DNA of 63,844 nt, filler included, from Octopus bimaculoides (Eukaryota), in the NCBI RefSeq assembly GCF_001194135.2. It is 5 parts of 5 records of this genome, joined end to end, with 100 filler letters (N's around TTAATTAATTAA, not from the genome) between each part and the next. Parts side by side here need not be neighbours in the genome. Positions count along the whole stretch, not along the records: positions 58,165 to 63,844 come from NC_068988.1; 4 more parts are not named here. One strand, given 5' to 3'. Positions 62,981 through 63,844 of this stretch are shown piece after piece (position 1 is the first letter of the stretch; the number at the start of each line of letters is the position of its first letter). The notes beneath the pieces are model-generated. The model saw nothing but the letters and a program-made list of their open reading frames with translations, made no database searches and had not been told where the DNA came from. A program made the translations under genes and the position numbers.

Positions 62981-63788
62981 ATATANNNNNNNNNNNNNNN
63001 NNNNNNNNNNNNNNNNNNNNNNNNNNNNNNNNNNNNNNNNNNNNNNNNNNNNNNNNNNNNNNNNNNNNNNNNNNNNNNNNNNNNNNNNNNNNNNNNNNNN
63101 NNNNNNNNNCGTGTATATGTACGTGTATATATGATCTCAGAAAGAGTTTTGTTTTACGCGGTTTTCTTTTAAGAAAGAAAGCTCATCAATTAATGCATAT
63201 AAATAAAATCAAGTGGAGGAACTGTAATAATTACAAGAATTTTCTGATTCACCATTATCGTTATCTAAATTCCAGCGTTGAAATCCTGGCCTCATGGGAA
63301 GTATCTCCGTAATTGAAAGAAGAACTGAAACAATGAAAGAAAGATAACATATATGAGCAATGTGATTTTTTTTTTGTAGATCTGATTCTTTGCTTAATCA
63401 ACAAGCGATGGCTTTGTGAGCCTCTGGATCACTATCTGAATATCTGTGTACGGCTGTATCCACTGAGTTAGCTGACATCATTTGCCAGTCGGCTGTTTTC
63501 ATTCATGTGTGCGCCTGTGGGTGTATGACATTGTGTGAGAGTGCGTACGTCTGTCTGTCTGTCTGTCTGTTTCAAAATTTAAAACTATTGAATCCAATAC
63601 TTCACATTTCGTAATTCCCAGTTTCACGTCTCCGAATCTCATGCAAAAATAAGTGTTGACTAAAGAGATACGTCATATTCATTGAAACCCAAACACACAC
63701 ACAAACACGCGCGCGCGCACGCACGGACACACACACACACACGCTTGCATGCACACATACACATACACACGCACACGTATACACACGA

Positions 63789-63844
<56 letters not shown>

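Overview
AT-rich, gapped, repeat-saturated eukaryotic scaffold. It is most likely an Octopus genome; this is inferred from the cephalopod-type KRAB-less C2H2 zinc-finger gene, the SINE families and the microsatellite load. One complete gene is clear: a single-exon-CDS C2H2-ZNF (6885-8051, +, 388 aa, 12 intact fingers plus 1 degenerate), with candidate non-coding 5' exons upstream. A lone 72-nt, phase 2-2 leucine-rich-repeat exon (21994-22065, +) points to a second, long-intron gene that the ORF track misses. The rest is transposon debris: RTE LINE pieces (one family with a PHD finger inserted next to the RT), CR1, R4/Dong, a Merlin/IS1595-like transposase relic, mariner/Tc1 derivatives, a piggyBac-type MITE, a Helentron-associated (HINE/pearl-like) element and many tRNA-derived SINEs. 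The most interesting signal is a set of minimal type-I hammerhead-ribozyme motifs (CUGAnGA..stem II..GAAAC) in at least three distinct short repeat families. One sits in a tRNA-headed SINE-like element (4223-4268, -), two copies form fold-back palindromes, and several lie inside (TA)n tracts. All structures were read by eye and none was computed. Four N44-TTAATTAATTAA-N44 spacers are artificial scaffold joins. No rRNA, true tRNA or CRISPR array was found.
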